Shown: piece by piece, positions 1 through 11,382 of the stretch
Numbering within the stretch: the stretch's first letter is position 1
Layout: the number at the start of each line of letters is the position of its first letter
Origin: Zootoca vivipara
Lineage: Eukaryota
Reading direction: 5' to 3'
NCBI RefSeq assembly: GCF_963506605.1
Contig: NC_083287.1
Span: 59,458,001 to 59,522,000, forward strand
DNA: 64,000 nt
Notes under the pieces: generated by a model
The model's database searches: none
What the model was told of the DNA's origin: nothing
What the model saw: the letters and a program-made list of their open reading frames with translations, nothing else
Position numbers and translations under genes: made by a program

Positions 1-235
1 TCTGCTTCAACTGCAAGGAAGGAGATTCCTGCAAAACACAAGGAAGACCTTTCTGGCAGTAAGAGCTGTTGGGACAGTGGAACGGTCTCCCTTGGGAGGT
101 GGTGGCCTCTCCTTCCTTGGAGGTTTTTAAGCAGAGGTTGGAGGGCCATCTGTTGGGGATTCTTGAGCTGTGATCCCTGCCTTGCAGGGGGTGGGACCAC
201 TGACTAGATGATCCCTTGGGACCCCTTCCAACTCT
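1..235 (+). mobile_element. Degraded CR1 LINE 3' fragment in a NOS3 intron
   Basis: Similar to the CR1 3' ends elsewhere in the window (gtaagagctgtt...cagtggaac...ttggaggtttttaagcagagg...cccttccaactct). Confidence 0.7.
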
Positions 236-572
236 GGCTGTTCCGTGTCAGGAAGACTTAGGGCAGCCTCTGTAAAACCAGGCTGGCCAAGGAGGCCAGT
301 GCAGTTCCAGCGCCCCCACCCCCGCCCCGTGAGAGCAGTGGAACTAATAAAATGGGGGGTCCTGGGTGGGCAGATGGCAGCCACCACCATCCAGCCTTTC
401 CAGGCAGACGTGGGGAGACAGAAGGTGATTCATGCCTGTGCTTTGGGCAGCCCTGATCCCCGATCCCCAAGGAGCAGCTGAAATTCCTCAGCAAAGAGGG
501 AGTGGCACTCTGCTTATGCTCAGAGGAGCACTGCATGACGATGGACGGGCCTGGTTTCCCCTCTTCCTGCAG

Positions 573-1170
573 ACGTACGTTCAGGACCTGCTTCGCCTGG
601 AGCTGGCCAGCTACGTCCACGAGGTCCTTTGCCAGAGGGGGGGCCACATGTATGTCTGCGGGGATGTCACCATGGCAACGGGGGTCCTGCAGACCGTCCA
701 GCAGATCCTGGCCAAGGAGGGCAGCATGACGCTGGCGGAGGCCGGAGACAAGATCAGCGAACTCCAGGTGAGGGAGGAAGGGAAGCAGCCCCCCCAGTCA
801 GACCCCAGGGCAGGGTCTTACGAGGGGTGGCCCCCTTGGGTCACAGCAAGTGCATCAGCAGCACCAAATTGGGAGGCACCTTGAAACAGTCAGCAAGTGC
901 CCTCCTTCCCTGCAGCGCTGGGGGCTGGACCAGATGACCCTTGGGGGTCCCTTCCAACTCCACATTTCTATGAAGTGCCCTGGGGGGACGGGGGATGCCT
1001 GCGTGTGTAGGATCTCACGCTGCCTCTTTCTCACCCAGGACCAGAACCGCTACCACGAGGACATCTTTGGCCTGACCTTCCGCACGCAAGAGGTGGCCTC
1101 GCTCATCCGCAGCCAGTCCATCTCCCAGCAGAAGCGCCAGTCTGTGCTCAGCCTCGCCCCGTCCCTCTGA
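573..1170 (+). CDS. NOS3: Endothelial nitric oxide synthase, last two coding exons (573-767, 1039-1170); the rest of the gene is upstream of the window
   Basis: AG/GT-bounded exons translate as TYVQDLLR...[13 protein letters not shown]...[34 protein letters not shown]..., the NOS reductase C-terminus with an eNOS-type tail. Adjacency to ATG9B and ABCB8 matches the human NOS3 locus. Confidence 0.93.
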
Positions 1171-1195
1171 GACCCTCGCAGCTCCGGATCCTGCC

Positions 1196-1201
1196 ATTAA
1201 A
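1196..1201 (+). terminator. Probable NOS3 polyadenylation signal (ATTAAA)
   Basis: ATTAAA about 25 nt after the stop codon, followed by T/C- and GT-rich sequence. Confidence 0.6.
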
Positions 1202-2024
1202 AGCCTCGTTTCCCCCCTGCCCTGCTCTGTGGCCTCTCTGCACTCCTTTCTCCAAAGAGGGGAGGGTCTTAGAAGAGCAGCGCTGCCTCCGACTGGCCAG
1301 GAGCCCCTCCACAGCCCTCTCCCCCATGAATTTGTCCTTTTCTAACAGTCCATCGTTTTAACACTGCATTGCATGACCAAGTCCTCCTTCCATTGATCTC
1401 TCCTGACTCTTTTGCCAAGAGCATTTTTTGAACTGCAAGGGATGTGTCACGGCAGAAGCAGACAAGGTGTCCAAACTCCTGTGCCCAGGACGGCCTGAAA
1501 GGCAGGCTCTCTTTCTTCCTAAAATAATTGTAGCCAACTTGGGGGGGGGGGAAGGCACCACCCGGCAAAGTCTGCAGGCTGTAAGAACAGAAAAGCTTCT
1601 TAGCAAGAGAAGCCTTAGGCCAGAGGTGAAAGGGCTTCACGGGGGGTTGGACTAGATGACACTTTGGGGTCCCTTTCAACTCAACCGTTCTATGAAAGGG
1701 GACTCAGCCCCTCCTAAGTACCTTCACAGCCCTTATTTCCCGCCCCCCACCCTGCTTGGGGCGGGGGGGGGGGGCTTTCTCTTGCCCTATAATGCAGGAA
1801 CATGCCCTGACATCACAGCTTGACACAGCCAATCAGAACCAGCTACCTGCCATCTTCCCTGAAGAGCCGCTTGGCGCTTTCAAGGGGGAGGGAGCAGCCC
1901 CCCCCCCCCGGTGCAGGCTGCCATCCCCACGGCCCCTCCCCCCCGTTGCCCCAGAGGAGGAGAAAGGATTCTGCCGCCTATAGGAACCGAACCGAAACAC
2001 TCTCATTAGCCACATCTGTAAACA

Positions 2025-2030
2025 TTTATT
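2025..2030 (-). terminator. Probable ATG9B polyadenylation signal (AATAAA) in a predicted non-coding last exon (about 2005-2403)
   Basis: AATAAA on the minus strand followed by a GT-rich tract. A strong acceptor (ttttccccttccag|) at 2403 and a donor (GTGAGT) at 3096 fit a 3'UTR intron. Confidence 0.5.
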
Positions 2031-3137
2031 TGTCCCCCAAGTGTCCTGAGCTGGAGCCCCCTGCCCCCCGAGGGCTGCTTTGCAAGAGGGAGGGAGGGGG
2101 GCACAGCGCAAGTCATATAGCAGCGAGAAGGAGAGGGGGGGCATTGGGCTCCAGCCATCCTCTCATCGACCTCAGGAACCCTATAGCTCTATGAGTAGCA
2201 CCGGGCAGGGCCTGATCCGGCCCATAGCTTATTCACCCCCGCAGAGGGCACACACCCAAAGCCAGGAAGGGGGGGGTCCCCGTCTCCCGTCAGAGTCCAC
2301 AGCCAGCCAAGGGCACATTCCCAGTCCTGCTCCTCTCCTCTTCTGGCTGACCACGCTCTGGGAGGGGGGGGGAGTCCAGCGAGTCACCGCCGGCAGCCAT
2401 CACCTGGAAGGGGAAAACAGGCAGGGTTAGGCTGGGGGGGGGGGAAGAGGTTGGGGGTCTTGACCCCAGGTACTGAACCCTCATGCGAGGCAAGTAGGAT
2501 GGGCCATGGGGTCAGGCCCTACAAGGCACACACTCCTGGGGGAGGCCCATCTAGTCTAGGCTCCTGCAGGGGCCAAGCAGGAGCTGAGCACAAAAGGGCC
2601 CCCCCTCTAGCTCCTCTCTCCTCAGCTGAGAGAGCTCCACTGGCCGAGCGTGAGAGAGACATCATGGGCAAGAGAGTGGCCCCTAGATGACCCTTGTGGC
2701 CCCTTCCAACCCTGCCATTCTAGGATTCTATGCTGATTCCTCCAGGATTTATCCGATTCCCCTTTAACACCATCCAAGTCAGTGGCCATGACACCCCAGG
2801 GAAGGAAGGAAATGCGTCTGAAGAAAGCCAGCCTCCCAGAGCTGCTGGCCTCTCTGCAGACACACAGAAAAAATGGGGGGGACCCTAAAAAAAAAGCAAG
2901 GTGACTCTCCGCCCCACCATTTACTGTCCCCCCCCCAGGCCTTCACATCTCTAGCCACATCTCTCCATCAAAAATGGCTGGGAGCAGGACCCTGGGAAGG
3001 AAGCAGCCTTGATCCCAGGAATCCTTGCCCTGGAGCTGCCCCCCTCCCCTAACAGGGAGGCTGTGGGTCAGAGAGCAGGAGGGGAAAGAGACTCACGTCA
3101 AGAGGAGGGGGGGCGATGGGAAGGGCGAGGGCAGCTG

Positions 3138-6100
3138 CTAGCTCTTCTCCCCCTGCTGCTGCTGTTGTGCCCGAGACTCTTCTTCCTCTTCCCAGCCCCC
3201 AAGGGTTAGATCCTGGCTGCGCACATGCGAAGAGGGCCTGGGGGAAGCTGCAGGGCGGAGAAGGAACGAGCAGTGGACCAACATGAGATTTGTATTAAAT
3301 GTGTATTTTATGTTCAAAACATAAAACTACACTATAGGAAAAGCAACATCTCTCTCCCTCTTCCTCGCTCCCCCAGGGGGCAGGTAAATATGACACCCCA
3401 GGGAGTTTTGTACCTTGGCCACGCAGGGAGGGCCACTGGCGGGCAAGGGACCCCCTAACCCCTGGCTGGGGCAGGGAAAGGCAAGCAGAGGGAAGACGGC
3501 CCTCCAGGTGGGGCGGGCCATTGGGATCCAGCCCCCTCCTGGGCCTTCTGCCCTCGGGGACTCTCAACTCGGCCATGGCTGCTTTGACAAGGAAACGGCT
3601 CTTGCCCTGGAGCAGACCAAGCCTCCTTTCCATGTCCCAAGCGGACTCCTCCACGCTGGGCCACCCCCAGAGGCATCGCCTGGCTCTCCAGCCAGCAGCG
3701 TTGGCAGGGAGGAATCTCGGGGAAAGCGCCCCCAGGGGAGACACCCCGGGAAGGGAAGGAAGCCCCTCCACCCCTGCCAACAGCCTCTGGCGTGTTGCGC
3801 TTCCACTACCCACAGGGGACAAGAGGCTCTCACCTGCTTGAGCCAAGGGCTGCGAGGGCGAGCGTGGCGACGTCTGGTGCTGCTGCTGGTGGTGAAGCTG
3901 GAGGAGAGACGGGAGTCAGGAGGGTGGCCGGCTGGGGGTGGGCATACTGGATCCCTGGGGGATCTCACCCAGGACCAAGCACCCTCAGCCAGGGATCCCA
4001 CACAGGTGAGACCCAGGAGACAGAGGAAGCAGAGAGCTGGAAGGGATCTCCAGAGGCCATCTAGCCCAACCCCCTGCTTTCCCACTCCCCCCACCACCAC
4101 TCACCTCATGCATGTAAATGGCGTGCAGACTCATCTCGGCCGAGGCAAACTCGGAGAGCAGCACTGAGCGGCTGAGGGGCCCTGGGCGCGTCTCAGGCGG
4201 GGCAACACTGGCGGGGCACAGAAAGGCAGGGACCCATTGGCACACCGGCTGCAAGAAGCAGGAACTGGGCGGGGGGCGGCCCCCCACCCACCCTCCTCCT
4301 CCACCCGCCCCTCTGCAGCCCAGGCGGCTCCTTTCTTGACGGCAGAAGGAACCAGGGTGGGGAATGGCAGGGGCAGAGCCCAATGGAGCCCCCCAGGGTC
4401 TCTTTCCAGCCCCCCACCGGCTCCCTCCTTCCCTATCTGGGAGTCAGAGCACCGGAGCCAAGCAGGCCTGGGCCTGACCCAGCGCCGCCATCCTTGCGCC
4501 CGAGTGCGTGACCTGGACCCCAGACCACCCAGGTCTCCCCTCTCCCTACCTGTCTCCGAGGAGGGTGCTGTCGCTCTGGTAGACGCCGTTCTCGCCCCGC
4601 CGGGGCAGCTGTGAGCAGGAGAGAGAGGCCAGGATGCTGGCGGCTGCCCCGGCTGCGCTGCCCGGCTGCCCAAAGCGGCGCCTCTCTGCCTGGGACGCCA
4701 GACCGCCACTTCCCGCTGCCAGGACACTGGCCAGGAGGGCCTCCGGCTGCAGGGAGGGAGAGGCGGTTAGAGGGAGCGCCCGGAGGGGAAAGGGGGTCCC
4801 AGAGGTGGCTCCCTCCCTCCCCCCGTCCCCAGGACTCACCACAGTGCAGGGACCCTCGTCCGACAGGAAGGAGGCGCCCAGGGGGGCCTCGGCCAAGAGG
4901 CGCTGGGCAGGGGGTGCATGGGCCGCATCCTGCTGCACCTTCTCCTTGAGGTGCCCAATGAAGAGGGAGCTCTCAGGGGGAGGCTGCCAGCGCGGGTTGG
5001 TGATGGCAAAGTGGACGAGGGAGAGCTCCGTCTTGCCGTTCTCCGCCTGCTGGTAGACAGAGGCCTCTGTCCGGCCCTGGGACAACCACTGGGGGGGCAG
5101 GGGGGGGAGAAAGCAAGTCAGAGGGGACGTGGGCGCAGGGAAGGGGATGGTTGGGGATTCAGGAGCAATAAAAGGAAGGACTTTCTCCCGCAGGAGGCAG
5201 CGGGGGGGCCGCCAACCTGTGTGGAGCAAAGGCTACCAGCCCCATTGGCCAGGCTCTGCCCTCCACGGCTGGAGGTAGTATAGAATCATAGAATTGTAGA
5301 GTTGGAAGAGACCACAAGGGCCATCCAGTCCAACCCCCTGCCAAGCAGGAAACACCATCAAAGCATTCTTGACATGTGCCTGCCAAGCCTCTGCTTAAAG
5401 ACCTCCAAAGAAGGAGACTCCACCACACTCCTTGGCAGCAAGTTCCACTGCCGAACAGCTCTTACTGTCAGGAAGTTCTTCCTAATGTTTAGGTGGAATC
5501 TTCTTTCTTGTAGTTTGAATCCATTGCTCCGTGTCCGCTTCTCTGGAGCAGCAGAAAACAACCTTTCTCCCTCCTCTAGTAAATATTTCTGGATCCGTTG
5601 CTGGAAACGGCAGGATGGGAGGGGGCTCTTGGGCCTCTAGCTCAGGATGGTCTGACTCTGACTGGTAGCAGATCAAGTCTGCCCCAGTCCTACCTGGAGA
5701 TGCCACAGGGGAGGGGGCATCTGCTCTAACCACTGAGCCATGTACCCCTCCCCCCATGTCAGCTCACACATATTTGTAAGGGGAAAAAGAATAGGCCCAA
5801 GAGAGGGGAATGGGAGTCCAGCAGAACTGGGGGCTTGGCTGAAGGAGAGAAGCCCGGGAGTCACTCCCAGTCTCAGTCTTCCTGCCTATAAAATGGGACT
5901 GCTGTGTGAGACGAGAATTGCCACTGGGTATTGTGTTATTTATACACTGACTGGATACGGGGAAGGCACAGGGTCACACGGCTGCTGGCAAACAGGCCTT
6001 GGCAGTTGAAATTTCCCCCACCCACCCCACCGCCCGGTGAGGATTGCCACCTCCAGCTCCCCCCCCCCATACCTGTGGGTTGCCATGGTTGCGGATGTCC

Positions 6101-9100
6101 AGCTGAGCGAAGGAGCAGATGTCCCCCACCCCCACCACCTCGACCGAGAAGTTGCGGAAGAAGTCGATGATGTCGAGGGCTTTGGCGCGAAGGGCAAAGA
6201 TGAGCAGGAAGGGGGTCACAATGGGGCTCAGCAGCTCCTCCAGGATGAAGACCTGGGGGCACAGGGGGGGTGTCAGCTCCAGAGGTCTCCCCTCCCCAAA
6301 ACCCACCCTGGCAGGTGGGATGAGAGGGAGCAGAGGGGCTGGGCTACAAGGCTCCCTCCCAGGAGAGCGAAGAAGCAGAGCTGCCTCCTAAGAAGCTAAC
6401 GGGAGCTGGCGGATCCTGCCCTGTCCCTCCTCCTAATTGTGCAATGCCGCCGCCTTCCCCCTGTAACCCTGTGGGTAGCACTGCCTCCCACCCTCGGTGG
6501 GCACCCAGAGAGGCCTTCTGGGTGGGGGCTGCTCCCAGGCAACTCTGGAACTCCCTGCCTGGAGACGCCAGGCAGGCTCCGTCCTCTGGCAGCTGAGACC
6601 TCCTGTTTCCAACAGGAAAGGCCTGGCACTGGCATGTCTCTTGCTGAGGCCTGTGCTCTTAGCACACCTTTTAAATATTAGTTTTAATTATATTAATGAT
6701 TAATTACATTTTAACAATTGCCTTTTCTAGCTCATGTTTTTGCCTTTAATGTCTTTCGCTATCTGTGTAAGTCGCCTTGAGTCCTGGACTGTGAAAAAGG
6801 CAAGATATAAAGAAATATTAACAGCAACTACTGATTGCCTGCATGTCAGCTGCTCTGAGCACCTGGTGACGCTGTGGTTAAACCACTGAGCCTAGGGCTT
6901 GCTGATCAGAAGGTCTGCAGTTCGAATCCCCGCGACGGGGTGAGCTCCCGTTGCTTGGTCCCAGCTCCTGCCAACCTAGCAGTTCGAAAGCATGTCAAAG
7001 TGCAAGTAGATAAATAGGAACCGCTACAGCAGGAAGGTAAACGGCGTTTCCATGCGCTGCTCTGGTTTGCCAGAAGCGGCTTTGTCATGCTAGCCACATG
7101 ACCTGGAAGCTGTACGCCGGCTCCCTCGGCCAATAATGCGAGATGAGTGCGCAACTCCAGAGTCGGTCACGACTGGACCTAATGGTCAGGGGTCCCTTTA
7201 CCTTTACCTTTACCTAGGCTGTTTTGTTTTTAACACTCGATTGGGAGCCGCCCAGAGGGGCTGGGCAAACTCAGCCAGATGGGTGGGGTATAAATAATAA
7301 ATTATTATTATAAATTATTATCATTACAAATCCTCTAGAAATTAAATCCCTCCTCCCTTCTCCCCCCCCCCAGCTCACTCACCGCCTTGTACTGGAAGAG
7401 TTGGGCCAGCTCCTCCCGCGTCTCTGCCTTTTGGGCATTGCCCTGCCAGTGGTCAGGCATGTAGTGAATGTGCGCCAGGACACACTGCAGCAGCTGCTCT
7501 GGGCACCACACCAGGTGCTCATCCGGGATGAAGGACCTGCCGGGGGGGGGGGAGGAGACGGGTCTCGTCAGCACCCAGGAAGGCTGGCCCCTAAAACCCT
7601 CCCCCATGAATTGGGGACATCAAGGCATGGGGATGTGGGGGGAAATGTCCAGCACCAGGCGAAAGGAGCCTTCCCGCACCCCTCCATGACTTAATCCAGC
7701 GCTTCACCCCCAGGATTTGCTATCTTGGTGGATCTCTGGCGGAAGGGGGAGGTTCGAAGGCAATCTGCCGGGAGGTTGAGCTGGATGACCCTTGGGGGTT
7801 CCTTCTGACTCGACCATTCTACAAAATTCTGTTACCCACTGAAAATATGGGCTTGCGCTCATCTAAACAGACCCACTGAAGTGAACGGATGGGACTGTGG
7901 TCCATCCATTTCTGAATAAAACTTAAGCAAACGACAACCCCTAAAATGCCACACATGTGCTCAAGGCGAGAAGAACCTGGGATCTGGAGAGGGATCAGTG
8001 CCAGGCCCCCCCCATTCTTCAGGACAGAGGAGGCCAAACCCGAGAGAGGCCTGTCTGCTGGAGACTGGCCTTGGTTAGGACACCCCAGGCCTGTTATGGG
8101 GCTGGGTTTTAATCTCAGGGCAGAAATCACAGCTGAAGACTCGCCGGGGTTTCCCTTTGAAGCCCTTGGGCCCCATAGACCTCAATGGGCTAAAACTCCC
8201 AGCAGCTCCAGCCGCCAGCCTGGCCAAAGGCCACAGGGACAAGGGGAACGGGAGATGGGCTTCAGGAACGGGAGATGGGCTTCTTTCGGCCCTGCCCCAG
8301 GGCCTAGAGACGAGAGGCCTGGCTCTCTGGAGGGCCCCACCCACCCGCCCTCCTGACCTACCTGGCGATGGTGACAATGACCCCCAGGAGGGTGATGGCC
8401 GTGAGGATGTGCTGGACAGTGAGAACGTCCTCGTCATATACGGTGAGGGCGATGAGGACGGCCAGGAGGGAGCCGGCAAAGAAGCAGACGTTCCTGGCCA
8501 AGAGGGCCAGCAGGGGGCTGGCAAAGGAGTTCATGTACTTGGAGGCGGGCTTGTAGCCGCGGCTCAGGCGCGCCTGCAGCTCGTGGTCCAGCTCGTTGAA
8601 GTGGCGCAGGTAGAGGCGGCCAAAGAGGGACCAGCGGCGTGCGCCCAGGCTGCCCGGCTCCCTCTTGAGCACCTCCGTGTAGCTGAAGAAGGCGTACAGC
8701 ACCTGCCACACCAGGATGAAGGGGCACAGCAGCAGGTTGGCCAGGCCCAGCAGCACCATGCCTCGCCCCAGGCGCCGCGCCAGCTCCAGCCGGGCCCCCG
8801 CCCGCTTGTACTGGGGCTGCAGGCTCCACTTGCCCTGGAAGAGGGAGCCCGGCCCCCAGAAGAAGAGCAGCTCCAGGTTGTACTTGAGGCCCTGCGTCAG
8901 GAAGACGGCCTCGCCCAGCAGGGGCAGGCGGAAGCGCACCGGCAGCAGCGCCTTGTTCACCATGGCCACCAGGTAGTTCTTGAAGCGCAGGACGCGGTGG
9001 TGGATGTCCAGCTCGCTCAGCTCCCGCTTGTGGACGCACATCGGCTGCTCCCGCTGCAGAGAGATCAGCCGCGCCTGCACCTCCTGCCAGCTGCAGTTGC

Positions 9101-11326
9101 ACAGCTCATCCTGTGGGGGGGGCGCAAAAGAGAGAGGGTGAGGGACATGCTGGGGGGGGGGAGGAAGAGAAGCCCCCAGCCCCCAGGCTCCCTGTCCCTG
9201 GAGACTCAGCAGGCTCCTTCTGGGCCCACTTTTAAATACCTGCCAGGCCTAGGCAGGCAATTCAGAACCTGGGTTTTTATTGCTGTAAACTGCTTTCATA
9301 GAATGAATGAATGAATGAATGAATGAATGAATGAATGAATGAATGGACATCCCTACAGGCACATCCCATCTTGCTGAAGTGGGGCTTAGGAAGTCGTAGC
9401 TCCTGCTCAGCTCAGAATTAAGCAGGCAGCCTCCGCAAGATAAGCCCCCCCCCCCCCGCTTCACACCTGATTCACAAAGGATCTCTGCTTAAGGCCATAG
9501 AGGCCACTTAGTCCAAAGGAAGAGTCAAAAATGACATTCAACCGCCCCCCCCCCGGGGCAAAAGATCAGCCTACAAAGTAAAATGCAGAAGCTGGGAGCC
9601 AAAGTTTTGCAAAGCAGGCAGCTCCGGAGGACTCTCCCCAAAGACAGGCCGCTATCCCTGGGAGAGGCGAACCCCCAACCTGCTCACTGGGTCTCTGACC
9701 ATCAGGACCCAAAGGGGAAGAGCGGGGGAAGCCCTCCTTAACCCCTCAAGTCCTGCCCCTGACTCCTTATTCCACCGACAACATTGCCCCCACGGCAGCA
9801 AGGAAACACACACAGATGCTCAAGCACGAGGCGCTTAGGAACTGTGCACCTCACAGGAATGGCCCTGCTCAGGCAGGCAGGAGGGAAGACACCCCCCCAC
9901 ACACACACCTTAAGGATTCGGCTGCTATTTGGAAAACAGAGACCATCCCCTTTTGCTATTGGCAGAAATGCAGGCCTCCCTTGTTGCGATGAAATTCTAC
10001 TTAAGCCGTGGAGCCAGACATGCAGGAGTAATCTGGGGGGTGGGGGGGTCAGCAGCCTCTGGGAGCAGCTAAAGGAGGCGTCAGAGGGGAGGTAATGGGG
10101 GGATAAAGGAGAGGGGGGCTCGCCAGACCCACTGGCCGCCTCCTGAGCAACAAGGGGGGGGAGTCCCTTGCTGCAACCATCGCCCCCTCTGTGCTGGGAG
10201 GTTTTTAATGTCAGAGGTTGCTTGTTGGCTGAGGCATCCCAATCCGATGGGTGGCAGCATACAAAGAATCAAGTTGTCCTTTTTCTTCTTGCTCACTCAC
10301 CGAGGGGATCTTGAGGCCCTTGGTGTAGAAAGTGCGGATCTCCCAGTAGCCCAAGAGGCTGCAGAGGACTTTCACCAGGCGGTAGACCCAGAAGGTGGCA
10401 GCCATCACCAGCAGGAAGATGATCCAGCCGCTGGAACGGATCCTGCAGGGAGGGGAGGGGAGGGGGGCACCAGGGCCCTCATCAGCCTGGCCAGGGGAGG
10501 GTCAGCCGAGGACAATGGGAGGGTGACCCCAAGCAGGACCCGGGTGCGAGACCAACACTCTCCCCTAGCAGCCTGCGGGCACTGGCAGCAGCATTCTCTG
10601 AGGTCGATGCTGGGGAAAGGCTTAAGGCTGTTGGGCAGGGAGGGAGGGAGGGAGGCACTCCTCCCCTCCGAGGGACCTTGGCTGGGTTGCACTGGGTCGC
10701 TCCAGATTCATCCACCTGGATGAACTCCAACCCTTTGCTAAGGGGTGTGCGTGTGTGTGTCTGTGCGTGCGCACATATGCACATACAGGTGTATAGAACC
10801 ATAAAGTTGGAAGGGGCCCCAAGGGCCATCTAGTCCAACCCCCTGCAATGCAGGGGCGGGTGTGTATCTAGCTATGTTTCATAAAATTTCCACTGTGTAA
10901 AAAAACAAGGAAAACCCTCAAAGCAGTTCACAAAAAGATAAAACGATCAAACCCAGAAAAGCACACAACATACAAGAGTGAAATCATTAAAACTCACACC
11001 AACTTGTCTAAACCGGAACGTTTTCCTTTTTTTTTTTTTAACCATCATTTTTTATTTTATTTAAACATTTCTAAGTTAGGTACATACAGCAGTAAAATTA
11101 ATATATATACAGAAATAAAAACAAACATACAAATCTGTGTACCTTTCCAATAAACTTACATTTGTACAATCAAACTTTGGTTGTGTCATATTTATCTTTA
11201 CTTCTCTTATAGCGTTCATCTTCTCCACTTGTTCTTTCGAACTGGACTTCCTCCTGTTTTCTTTCTTGGTTTTATTTATAATTTCACCGTTTTCGGTGCC
11301 ATACTCTTTCTTGCCTGTCCATTTCC

Positions 11327-11382
<56 letters not shown>

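Noticed and set aside
8157-9314. 385-aa plus-strand ORF
   Set aside because: Antisense shadow of the GC3-rich large ATG9B exon.
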